A stretch of 64,000 nt of DNA from an uncultured Rhodothermales bacterium (GTDB lineage: Bacteria > Bacteroidota > Rhodothermia > Rhodothermales > UBA10348): assembly GCA_964383365.1 (NCBI GenBank), contig CAYLHF010000012.1, positions 8,745 to 72,744 on the forward strand, read 5' to 3'. Shown here one piece after another: positions 8,890-17,049 of this stretch (the stretch's first letter is position 1; each line of letters begins with the position of its first letter). Below the pieces are notes generated by a model. That model ran no database searches. It was not told the origin of the DNA and worked only from the letters and a program-made list of their open reading frames with translations. The translations under genes were made by a program, and so were the position numbers.

Positions 8890-10527
8890 ATGCCAAACAG
8901 ATTTCTGCTCTCGTTCCTGCTATCTCTGCTGATCATCACAACGAGCCGGGCTCAGGTTCTGGACGATGTCAGCGAGACGGAAGTAACATTTCAATCCGCG
9001 AACGAGGAACGTCTCGGCAAGACCCTCACGCTGACGTCCGTCAGTCAACCGATTCTGGCTTCCTTCACGGGAGTCGTATTCGAAATAGCCTCGACGGCGG
9101 AATCCATCCAGGCCGCGGTCCGATTTGAAGCGGACGGGTCCTGGGGCCCGTGGATTGACCTCTATTCGGTCCGTTCGGTCACCGAAGATCTGTTTGTCGC
9201 CGGATTCCATGGAGAAACGTTGCGATCGGGAGTCCGGATGGAGATTCGCGTTTCAAATTCATCTTCGAGTCCCTTAACGCTGCGAGACGCCGGTATCTTC
9301 GACAACCGAACCGACGAGGATGCAACGTCATCGGCCCTACCGGCCGCCCCGAACGGAATCACAGGAAAAAAGGCTGGAAAAATAATTCCACCAGCCCTCA
9401 TTACCCGCGCCGACTGGGGCGCGTCACCGTTTCGAGGTTCACCCGTCGATCTTGCCCGACCGACCATTGATTTCCTGACGTTTCATCATGCGGCAGGTTT
9501 CAGTGCCACGTCCAGGGAGGATGGTATTCGACAGGTAAAGGCTATTCAGGACTTCCATCAGAATATCCGCGGTTGGAGCGATATTGGATATCAGTTCGCG
9601 ATCGACCGCAGTGGCCGACTCTATCAGGGAAGGCCGTTTCTTGATGCAAGCACCTCGCTGGCGCAAGTTCCTCGTCTGGCTCTTGGAGCCCACGTCGGAG
9701 GGCACAATACGGGCAACATCGGAACGGTTTTACTTGGGTGCTATCATCCTCCAGAGGGCAGTTTCTGCGAAGAAGTACCCACTCCGGAAGCACTCGCCAC
9801 GTACAAAACCCTTTTTGCTTTCCTGAGTGAGCGATACCATGTTGCCCCGACGCTGATCAGAGGCCACAGAGATTTCAGTGCGACTGCCTGTCCAGGTGAC
9901 AACAATTATGTTCGCCTTCCTCAGTTGAGAACAGATGTAGCCCGGCTTCTCGTAACGGGTAATCAATCACTCGGTACCGCCTCTCTCACCGCAGTAGTAG
10001 ACGACGAAGGCTTTGTAAGACTTTCGTGGGAGTTTCTCGAAGACTTCGGAATCGATGGATTCAGACTGGAACGAACGTTTCAGGACCGGACCGATACGAT
10101 CACCAGCGGAACGGGTGCACAGAATGGAACGTCGCTGGATGCTGGAATCACGCTGGCAGGCGACGTTTCGTATTTCCTCTATGCTGAATCTGCTGATGGA
10201 CGCGTTCAGAGACTCGCATCTCTTGAGCTGACCATGGATACGCCCGGGGAGTTTCTACTCGCGCGCGCATTTCCAAATCCGGCGAGTAGCCGAATTCAGA
10301 TACGGTACTTTGTGGCTCACAAAGGTGTCGTTCATTTAAACCTTTTCGATGCCACAGGGCGCCGCGTCAGATCGCTCGACGATTCCTTCCGAACGGAAGA
10401 CCGTTGGTATACATCAAGTCTGGATGTTTCCGGTTTGCCGGGAGGGATCTATTACTATCGGCTACGAATTGATGGTTTTTCTGGAATTGTCTTCGACAAG
10501 ACGCGCTCGATAGCCATCGTGCGTTAG
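8890..10527 (+). CDS. N-acetylmuramoyl-L-alanine amidase (Amidase_2/PGRP fold) with T9SS C-terminal sorting domain
   Basis: It has a signal peptide. The amidase core reads ITRADWGASPF...FLTFHHAAG...IQDFHQNIRGWSDIGYQFAIDRSGRLYQGRP...GAHVGGHNTGNIGTVLLG...GHRDFSATACPG, with His/His/Cys Zn-site positions. The C-terminus is AFPNPASSRIQIRYFVAHKGVVHLNLFDATGRRV...GIYYYRLRIDG. Confidence 0.8.
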   Translation: MPNRFLLSFLLSLLIITTSRAQVLDDVSETEVTFQSANEERLGKTLTLTSVSQPILASFTGVVFEIASTAESIQAAVRFEADGSWGPWIDLYSVRSVTEDLFVAGFHGETLRSGVRMEIRVSNSSSSPLTLRDAGIFDNRTDEDATSSALPAAPNGITGKKAGKIIPPALITRADWGASPFRGSPVDLARPTIDFLTFHHAAGFSATSREDGIRQVKAIQDFHQNIRGWSDIGYQFAIDRSGRLYQGRPFLDASTSLAQVPRLALGAHVGGHNTGNIGTVLLGCYHPPEGSFCEEVPTPEALATYKTLFAFLSERYHVAPTLIRGHRDFSATACPGDNNYVRLPQLRTDVARLLVTGNQSLGTASLTAVVDDEGFVRLSWEFLEDFGIDGFRLERTFQDRTDTITSGTGAQNGTSLDAGITLAGDVSYFLYAESADGRVQRLASLELTMDTPGEFLLARAFPNPASSRIQIRYFVAHKGVVHLNLFDATGRRVRSLDDSFRTEDRWYTSSLDVSGLPGGIYYYRLRIDGFSGIVFDKTRSIAIVR

Positions 10528-10550
10528 GTCGATAGCCATCGTGCGTTAGG
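10507..10550. repeat. Perfect 22-bp tandem duplication (2 copies) spanning the amidase stop codon
   Basis: tcgatagccatcgtgcgttagg occurs at 10507-10528 and again at 10529-10550, followed by tc. The TAG stop (10525-10527) lies in copy 1. Confidence 0.95.
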
Positions 10551-10965
10551 TCCATAACCGGGTTCGGTCTCGATCAGCAGATGCATACTATCCGCGTCGA
10601 AGATGCCCTCCGAAGGAGAGGTAGCGATCCCGTTCCCGGACGAATCATTTCTCAATGTTTCCCGGATAAAAGCATGCCCGGTTTTGGCTGTACCAAAACC
10701 GGGCAGCTTCACCCAGAACCAATCATCACTGAGAGGTGATCCACCGACGCAGAGCCAGGTCCTAATCCTGGGACGTGGCGGTCGGTGGCTGAGTCAAGGA
10801 TACGAATTCGTTGAAAAGACGTCTGTAGGAATAATTGAACCTCGTCGTGTAGGGCGTTTCCCTACGCATCTGAAGGGCTTCATGAGTGCGCTGTGGGGAT
10901 CGCTTCACCTTCAGAATGGGCGTATCGAGCCGATAACTGGCATGAAAGCTGTCTCACAGTAAGAC

Positions 10966-10981
10966 TGGCACAGTATTAGCC
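10966..10981 (+). promoter_or_regulatory. Candidate sigma-54 (-24/-12) promoter upstream of the exopolysaccharide cluster
   Basis: The sequence is TGGCACagtatTAGCc. The -24 TGGCAC is perfect and the GG-N10-GC spacing is correct, but the -12 element is TAGC rather than TTGC. It lies ~45 nt upstream of ATG 11025. Confidence 0.4.
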
Positions 10982-11024
10982 AAGTCATTGTCGACTGGTT
11001 ATCGCAAATACACGCCTTCAAAAA

Positions 11025-12137
11025 ATGTCCAACGCTAGAACTCTGACAAGAACCCTCATAGCAGGTGGGTCCGGCTTTATCGGCTCCCACCTCTGCGAAC
11101 GATTCCTTGAGGATGGACATCACGTTATCTGCGTCGACAATCTCATTACGGGACGTCGATCCAATATCAAACATCTACTGGGACATCCTCGATTTGCGTT
11201 CCTGGAACAGGATGTTTCGGTCTCCTTCACCATTGATGGTCCACTCGACAATATTCTTCACTTTGCCTGTCCCGCGTCCCCCATCGACTATTTGAAATAC
11301 CCGCTGGAAACACTGCAGGTGGGATCAGCCGGAACCAAGAATCTGCTTGACCTTGCCGTAGAGAAGAAATCCCGATTCCTTTTCGCGTCCACCAGTGAAG
11401 TTTACGGAGACCCTCTGGTTCACCCGCAAAAGGAATCATACTGGGGCAACGTAAATCCCATCGGTCCCCGAAGTGTATACGATGAGTCCAAACGTTTCTC
11501 AGAGGCGATCGTCTCTGCCTATCGCAGGGAAATGGGCGTTGAAGCCCGCATTATACGAATATTCAATACGTATGGGCCCCGCATGCGGCTCGACGACGGG
11601 AGGGTCCTTCCAACATTCATGGGACAGGCCCTCAGAGGCGAGCCTCTCACCATATTCGGAGATGGATCGCAGACCCGGTCTTTTTGCTATGTAGACGATC
11701 TGGTAGAAGGAGTTGTTCGGCTGCTCCAGAGCAACGAACCGTTGCCGGTGAACGTCGGAAACCCGGAAGAAATATCGATTGGTGGATTTGCCGAGGAAGT
11801 GATTGCCCTGACCGGTGCAAGGAGTTCTGTAACGTATCGAGCCCTGCCGGAAGACGATCCGAAAATTCGAAAGCCGGACATCACCCGCGCCTTCAATATC
11901 CTGGGTTGGTTCCCGAAAGTCGATCGTTCGAACGGACTGAAGAGAACACTTTCGTACTTCCAAAACGAAGTTCGGTGTGAAGCGTCCCCCGTATCCGAGC
12001 GGATGTCGGGTTTCGCTACAGAGTCGACGAAAAACCACACAACCCGGGTCACTCCTGATCGACAACCATCGGCACCACATGGTCATACTAACGGATTAAG
12101 AAACCCGGCCGATATTAAATCCCGTATGGTGGATTGA
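11025..12137 (+). CDS. UDP-glucuronate decarboxylase (UDP-xylose synthase-type SDR) with an atypical ~55-aa C-terminal tail
   Basis: It has the [35 protein letters not shown] Rossmann motif, then [40 protein letters not shown] with the YxxxK catalytic motif, which is characteristic of UXS/ArnA-decarboxylase-type enzymes. The low-complexity tail runs from about [12 protein letters not shown] to the end. Confidence 0.8.
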   Translation: MSNARTLTRTLIAGGSGFIGSHLCERFLEDGHHVICVDNLITGRRSNIKHLLGHPRFAFLEQDVSVSFTIDGPLDNILHFACPASPIDYLKYPLETLQVGSAGTKNLLDLAVEKKSRFLFASTSEVYGDPLVHPQKESYWGNVNPIGPRSVYDESKRFSEAIVSAYRREMGVEARIIRIFNTYGPRMRLDDGRVLPTFMGQALRGEPLTIFGDGSQTRSFCYVDDLVEGVVRLLQSNEPLPVNVGNPEEISIGGFAEEVIALTGARSSVTYRALPEDDPKIRKPDITRAFNILGWFPKVDRSNGLKRTLSYFQNEVRCEASPVSERMSGFATESTKNHTTRVTPDRQPSAPHGHTNGLRNPADIKSRMVD

Positions 12138-12155
12138 CCGAATACGCACCTGGAA

Positions 12156-14738
12156 ATGAATAACAGTATAGACCACGATCACAGTTCTCAGCCCGTTCGA
12201 GAGCCAGGAAATGAGCACTCGGACGCACTACGCTGGCAGGCTCCGAGACCGCGCATTGACCACGATTCATCGGATGTTCCGTCTGATTCGGAATCCCGGC
12301 GTCCCACACGACATGGTCGCCGATCGAATGCCGATCCGGACACCCACGCGGACTCCGGATCATCTGAACTGCTGCCGGCTCTTCCATCGTCGACTCCGCC
12401 CGAGTGGACACGTCTGGTCGATGGCCGCCCTCAATCCGCACCCGCCCCTCCCCCGTTGTTTCCGGAACCTGCCCCAGCTGATTACGGTGGAGCCGATGAG
12501 TCTGTACTGGCCGTTCTGGGAAGAAGAAAAGCTGTTTTCTTACTAATCGCGATTCTTAGTTGGCTCTCCGTAGCGGCATATATCACTATTGTACCTCCAT
12601 CGTATGAGGCAACGACGCTCCTCATGGTCGATACTCGGGGATTCAGAAAGGAGGTGGAGGATCTTCCTCGAATAAATCGCGAATCGGCTCAGTTCGGGCT
12701 CGGTAAGATTGCGAACCACGCGCTCATATTGCAGACCTCGAATGAACTGGTTGAGACCACCGTGGATCAGCTCCTCGCAATGAAGCATGCGGGACTCATT
12801 ACGACTCCATTAACACTGTTCGACGGACTCGATCCCAATTTGGGTCGGGCCTCGGTTCTGAAACGATTCAGGAAAAAATTTGTCACGGTCAGTCCTCAAC
12901 CCAATGACGACGATGAACCCGATGCCATAATGGTCAGTGCCCTGAGCACCGAACCTGCGGAAGCTGCTCTGATTTCAAACCTGTATGCCCAGTCATATAT
13001 AAAGTCTGTTGTCGGAGCCCTGGAAGCGCAATATGTCGAAGCCCGGCAGTATTATGCTGATCTTCTGGTTAGCCAGGATGTAGTGATGGCAAATCTCGAT
13101 TCTTCTCTGCACGCTTTCGCCGCAAAGAGAGGAGACATTATGCTGGAGGAAGAAGAGTCTCACACAGTCAAGCAAATTTCCCTGCTTCGATCCAAGCTTG
13201 ATGACTCCCGGATCGAAATAAGTCAGTATGAAGCCAGAATATCCTCGCTGATCGATCAATTCAACAAACTGGAGCCGCAATTGCACGCTGAGCAAGCGGC
13301 ATCCGGATTGGATACACGTCTCCAGCAAACGAATGCCCGAATCGCAGAGGTAGAGTTGTCCATCGAGCAGTTCTATACCAAAAATCCCGGACTCCGAGAG
13401 CATCCCGAGACGAGCGAAGACTTGATGGATCTGCTTCTTGAAGCGGAATCACTTCGTCTCAGAATTAATCGGCTTTCAGCGGATTATGTGGATCAGGTCG
13501 TTGCCGTTGGAGGAATCGATCTTCAGAAGCTGGACTCTGGCGTTGCCATTATGGCCCAGCTGCGGCGCCAAATCGCGGAAGAGCGCGTGTCCCTGTCCGC
13601 TGAAAAGGCACGGGAAGCCGCTATTCTGACCCGCCTGGCCCAATATGAGCAACAGCGAAAAATTCTTCCGACTCAGCAGGTCGACCTCGAAAAACTTGAG
13701 CGCCAGCATGCCGTTGCGGAGACCAGACACGACGAACTGAAAGAGAAAATCAGAAAAATAGACGAGGCAGAGAGTTCACAGCGAATATTTGCCCAGGTAG
13801 CCGTACCCGCCGTAACCCCGATTGAACCCGTACGGGCACCGTCAGTAATCGGCGGTCTCGGATTCGTTTTGGGCATCTTACTGGCCATCGGCGGCGCATT
13901 TGCCCGCGACAAAACCGATTCTCGGATATTTGAACCGACCGATATGGTCCCGGACCAGATTGATCTCATCGGAACTATACCCGATCTGCGGAAAGAGCAT
14001 TCGATCTTCAGAAGCAGGAAATCATTTGCACCCTTCTTCGAGAGAACGGTATCTACAGATCTGGTCAGCCTACTTCACCCACAGTCTGCCGTATCTCACG
14101 CGATCAAGAGTCTTCAAATGCGCCTTTCCGGGGATCCCTCCGAAATGCAGGTATTTGTTGTCACGAGCCCGGAAATGGAAGACGGCAAGAGTATGATCGC
14201 TGCGAATTTCGCCGTAACACTCGCCCAATCCGGCTATCGAACGCTCCTTCTTGATGCAGATATCTACCATCCATCCGTCAGCCGGTTACTGGGTCTTACC
14301 AAGCAGGCTGAGTTCGATCTGGAGACCTGTACGTTTTCTGACGGACGGGGCGTAGAGGCCTTTTCCGCAGCCCTGCCGAATCTTTACGCACTCTCCCTGC
14401 ATGGACCTGATAACGGAACTGCTGAATTCTTGATGTCCACGCACCTGGTCCCTGTTATCGAACGGGTCAGAAATCATTTCGATGTCGTCGTAATCGATAC
14501 GCCACCGGTAACGCACTCAACCGATGCGTTGCGACTCGGTCAACTCAGTGACGAGGTATTTCTGGTTGCACGCACCGGCAAGACGCATTTCGAGTTATTC
14601 CAGAAATCCGTAACGGATATAGACCGTGCGGCCAGCCGACCTCCTCGCGTCATATTGAATGGCTACACGGATAAGGCGGACGCCAGTAAGCACAAGCGAC
14701 GGCGCTACAACAAACGCACGCAGCACAGAACGTCGTGA
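12156..14738 (+). CDS. Polysaccharide co-polymerase / BY-kinase-like protein (Wzc/GumC type), non-canonical
   Basis: A ~120-aa disordered Pro/Ser/Asp-rich N-terminus is followed by a TM helix, a long coiled-coil periplasmic region and a second TM helix. The P-loop domain has VFVVTSPEMEDGKSM (Walker A), LLLDADIYHPS (Walker A'-like, lacking the usual Arg) and VVVIDTPPV (Walker B). The C-terminal tail (GYTDKADASKHKRRRYNKRTQHRTS) has only 2 Tyr and no Tyr cluster. Confidence 0.75.
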   Translation: MNNSIDHDHSSQPVREPGNEHSDALRWQAPRPRIDHDSSDVPSDSESRRPTRHGRRSNADPDTHADSGSSELLPALPSSTPPEWTRLVDGRPQSAPAPPPLFPEPAPADYGGADESVLAVLGRRKAVFLLIAILSWLSVAAYITIVPPSYEATTLLMVDTRGFRKEVEDLPRINRESAQFGLGKIANHALILQTSNELVETTVDQLLAMKHAGLITTPLTLFDGLDPNLGRASVLKRFRKKFVTVSPQPNDDDEPDAIMVSALSTEPAEAALISNLYAQSYIKSVVGALEAQYVEARQYYADLLVSQDVVMANLDSSLHAFAAKRGDIMLEEEESHTVKQISLLRSKLDDSRIEISQYEARISSLIDQFNKLEPQLHAEQAASGLDTRLQQTNARIAEVELSIEQFYTKNPGLREHPETSEDLMDLLLEAESLRLRINRLSADYVDQVVAVGGIDLQKLDSGVAIMAQLRRQIAEERVSLSAEKAREAAILTRLAQYEQQRKILPTQQVDLEKLERQHAVAETRHDELKEKIRKIDEAESSQRIFAQVAVPAVTPIEPVRAPSVIGGLGFVLGILLAIGGAFARDKTDSRIFEPTDMVPDQIDLIGTIPDLRKEHSIFRSRKSFAPFFERTVSTDLVSLLHPQSAVSHAIKSLQMRLSGDPSEMQVFVVTSPEMEDGKSMIAANFAVTLAQSGYRTLLLDADIYHPSVSRLLGLTKQAEFDLETCTFSDGRGVEAFSAALPNLYALSLHGPDNGTAEFLMSTHLVPVIERVRNHFDVVVIDTPPVTHSTDALRLGQLSDEVFLVARTGKTHFELFQKSVTDIDRAASRPPRVILNGYTDKADASKHKRRRYNKRTQHRTS

Positions 14739-14811
14739 ATCCACATTTTCAGGGCATTCAGGCAACGGATTCCGGGCCGGGTCGGGTATAATAGCAAACA
14801 GGCAACATGGC

Positions 14812-16986
14812 ATGCCCGCAAATCAACCAAAATCAGCCCCTAAGACCGCGCATCGTCTGGACTCATGGATAGAGCGGGCTCGACTGTTTCGGCCCTTCCG
14901 ATCAAACGCTGTTTGGGCGCTCCTCGACCAGGGTTTTGTGAGTGTCTGCAATTTTACGACCATTTTTCTCATTGCCCGATTTACGTCTGCCGAGACACTC
15001 GGGCTATTTGTTCTTCTGTACAGCATCCTGCTGCTCGCCACCGACCTACAGCACGCCTCGCTCACACAGGCACATAACGTCCTGGTACCCCAACTGTCTA
15101 CACGTGAGACCAATTCCTTCACGTCAGTTCTATTCGAACTTCAACTCGCCGGCGGAACGGTCACTGCGCTCCTATTCGGTCTCGCAGCTGTACTATTCCA
15201 TTATGCTGGATCGACCGAAGTAGCCCATGCCGTTCTGTGGCTCTCGATCACAGCGCTACCGTGGCTCATTCAGGATGCAATTCGGAGAGTCATGTACACA
15301 GCGGGAGATTCCAGGTCGGCACTCAAGAATGACGCCCTCTCCTATGGATTACAGGCACTGTCTATAGCGGTACTGGTAACCGGTCAAACGCCCCGTGTCG
15401 GAGATCTATATGCAGTAATTGGAATGTCATCGGGCGTCGCCGTCGGTTATGGACTTTGGCAGTTGAGAAAGCACTTACACTTTGTCCGTCCCTCCTCTCC
15501 TTCTTTCTGCTCCATTACCCGTCGAATATGGCAGTTCAGCAGGTGGCTGACCGGAAGCGAGGTACTCCATTGGATCGGTCGACACGGAAATGTATGGGTG
15601 CTCGGAGCGTTCGTCGGAATCGGTCCGGTCGGGACGTTCAAGGCTGTAATCCAGCTTACCAACATACTGAATCCAATCAAACTGGCGACATTTACGTATC
15701 TCCCGTCTCGGGCGAGTCGGATTCTTCATGAGACAGGAAAGGACAGCTTTCGACGATGGTTAATGCGGGTCGGTGGGTTGATTCTGATTCCGTATACCAT
15801 GGTAATTCTCACCCTGATAGTGTTTTCACGTCAGATACTGCATTTTGCCTACAACGGACATTACGATGGCTCCGGTCTCGCCATCATTTTGTCCCTCGGT
15901 GCGCTCGGGCACCTCCTCTATTTTGTCCGTTCACTGATACAGATCGATCTCATTTCCAGAGGCCGCAATTCGGCAATATTCACAGACAGTTTCCTCTCCG
16001 TCGTCATGCTACTGACAATCGGAGTTTTCAGTATCAGCATCCTGGGTATAAAGGGAGCGGTCATATTCGAAATCATCATGGCTTCTGCCCTCATCCTGTA
16101 CAACGTGCTCGTGTATAGAGGGAAACTGGATCCCGGAGATGTACGGGATAGAGAGCTCGGGGCTGATTCTCAGGAACGCGCCGCTGCCGATATTCTCGAC
16201 CGGAGCCAGTTAATCGACCGCGGCTCTGAGGCCAACATCTACCTCACTGAATCGAAAAGAACGGTCATCAAGGTGTACGAGGGTGACAATAAGGTAGATA
16301 AACTCAGGAATGCCCGGTACGAATTTGAAACGCTGAAACGTCTGGAGCGCCAGAGAACAGGAGTTGGTTGTGTCGACCTTCCGCGGGTCATTCGGCTCAG
16401 TACGAACCCGGCCGCTGTTGAAATGACGAGATTGAAGGGCCTGCCTCTGCTTGATTTGATTGCGAGTACAGATATTGACTCGGGAGATGTGCCTGGAATA
16501 GCCGTGAAACTTCTCGCCGGCCTTACCTACGTTTCCAGACTCCTGAAAGGACCGTATAGAGATTTCAGTGTGAGAAATGTATTGATGGACCCTGCGACCG
16601 GTCGCCTCTCATTTCTCGATTTCGGTCCCGGCCAGTGGAACGCGATAACGCAGGTTCAGTCGTCATCAATCGCCACGTCCGTTGGACACTTCGTAGGTGA
16701 TGGTCTGTATCAGCTGACGAGGCCTGAATTCGTAGCGAATGGTAGACTGAAGCGACTCATGCCGGAGTTGTGCTCTGCCCTGCTGATGGAGTTGGCAGAA
16801 CATGAATCGGTTGGTTTGAACATAATGGATGACCTTCATCACTTCATGGATGAGAAGTTTTCTGCCAATACGTCCCAGGGAGGTCTCATTCGAAGAAGTT
16901 GGTATGCTTCCTTCGGGAACGCCCGGTTCAGAATGCATACCTCTCGCCTTCGCAGGCGATTCCCCACTGGCGAAAATGAAGTCTGA
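14812..16986 (+). CDS. Fusion protein: Wzx-like polysaccharide flippase (MOP superfamily) plus C-terminal Bud32/RIO/Kdo-kinase-like kinase domain
   Basis: The N-terminal ~440 aa form a multi-helix hydrophobic domain typical of oligosaccharide flippases. From ~16189 the sequence reads RGSEANIYLTESKRTVIKVY (G-loop plus Lys, aag 16270-16272), YRDFSVRNVLMD (catalytic D..N, 16561-16584) and LSFLDFG (DFG, 16618-16626). The ORF track starts at 14659 inside the previous gene, so ATG 14812 is preferred. Confidence 0.7.
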   Translation: MPANQPKSAPKTAHRLDSWIERARLFRPFRSNAVWALLDQGFVSVCNFTTIFLIARFTSAETLGLFVLLYSILLLATDLQHASLTQAHNVLVPQLSTRETNSFTSVLFELQLAGGTVTALLFGLAAVLFHYAGSTEVAHAVLWLSITALPWLIQDAIRRVMYTAGDSRSALKNDALSYGLQALSIAVLVTGQTPRVGDLYAVIGMSSGVAVGYGLWQLRKHLHFVRPSSPSFCSITRRIWQFSRWLTGSEVLHWIGRHGNVWVLGAFVGIGPVGTFKAVIQLTNILNPIKLATFTYLPSRASRILHETGKDSFRRWLMRVGGLILIPYTMVILTLIVFSRQILHFAYNGHYDGSGLAIILSLGALGHLLYFVRSLIQIDLISRGRNSAIFTDSFLSVVMLLTIGVFSISILGIKGAVIFEIIMASALILYNVLVYRGKLDPGDVRDRELGADSQERAAADILDRSQLIDRGSEANIYLTESKRTVIKVYEGDNKVDKLRNARYEFETLKRLERQRTGVGCVDLPRVIRLSTNPAAVEMTRLKGLPLLDLIASTDIDSGDVPGIAVKLLAGLTYVSRLLKGPYRDFSVRNVLMDPATGRLSFLDFGPGQWNAITQVQSSSIATSVGHFVGDGLYQLTRPEFVANGRLKRLMPELCSALLMELAEHESVGLNIMDDLHHFMDEKFSANTSQGGLIRRSWYASFGNARFRMHTSRLRRRFPTGENEV

Positions 16987-17049
16987 CGAATTCGGATCAA
17001 GATTTTCTACATCGTGTCGATACCGAACGTGGTAAATCGGATCTAATTC

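Noticed and set aside
10507-10550. The tandem 22-mer as a CRISPR array or minisatellite
   Set aside because: There are only two directly abutting copies with no spacers, and no cas genes lie anywhere in the window.
10603-10962. 119-aa plus-strand ORF in the amidase/EPS spacer
   Set aside because: It has no motifs, no plausible ribosome-binding context and an odd composition. I treat it as non-coding or a remnant, as described in the finding on 10551-10965.
14659-14811. Upstream extension of the flippase-kinase ORF
   Set aside because: It overlaps the last 80 nt of the Wzc-like gene and encodes Arg/Ser/Thr-rich non-membrane sequence. The Met at 14812 gives a sensible N-terminus.
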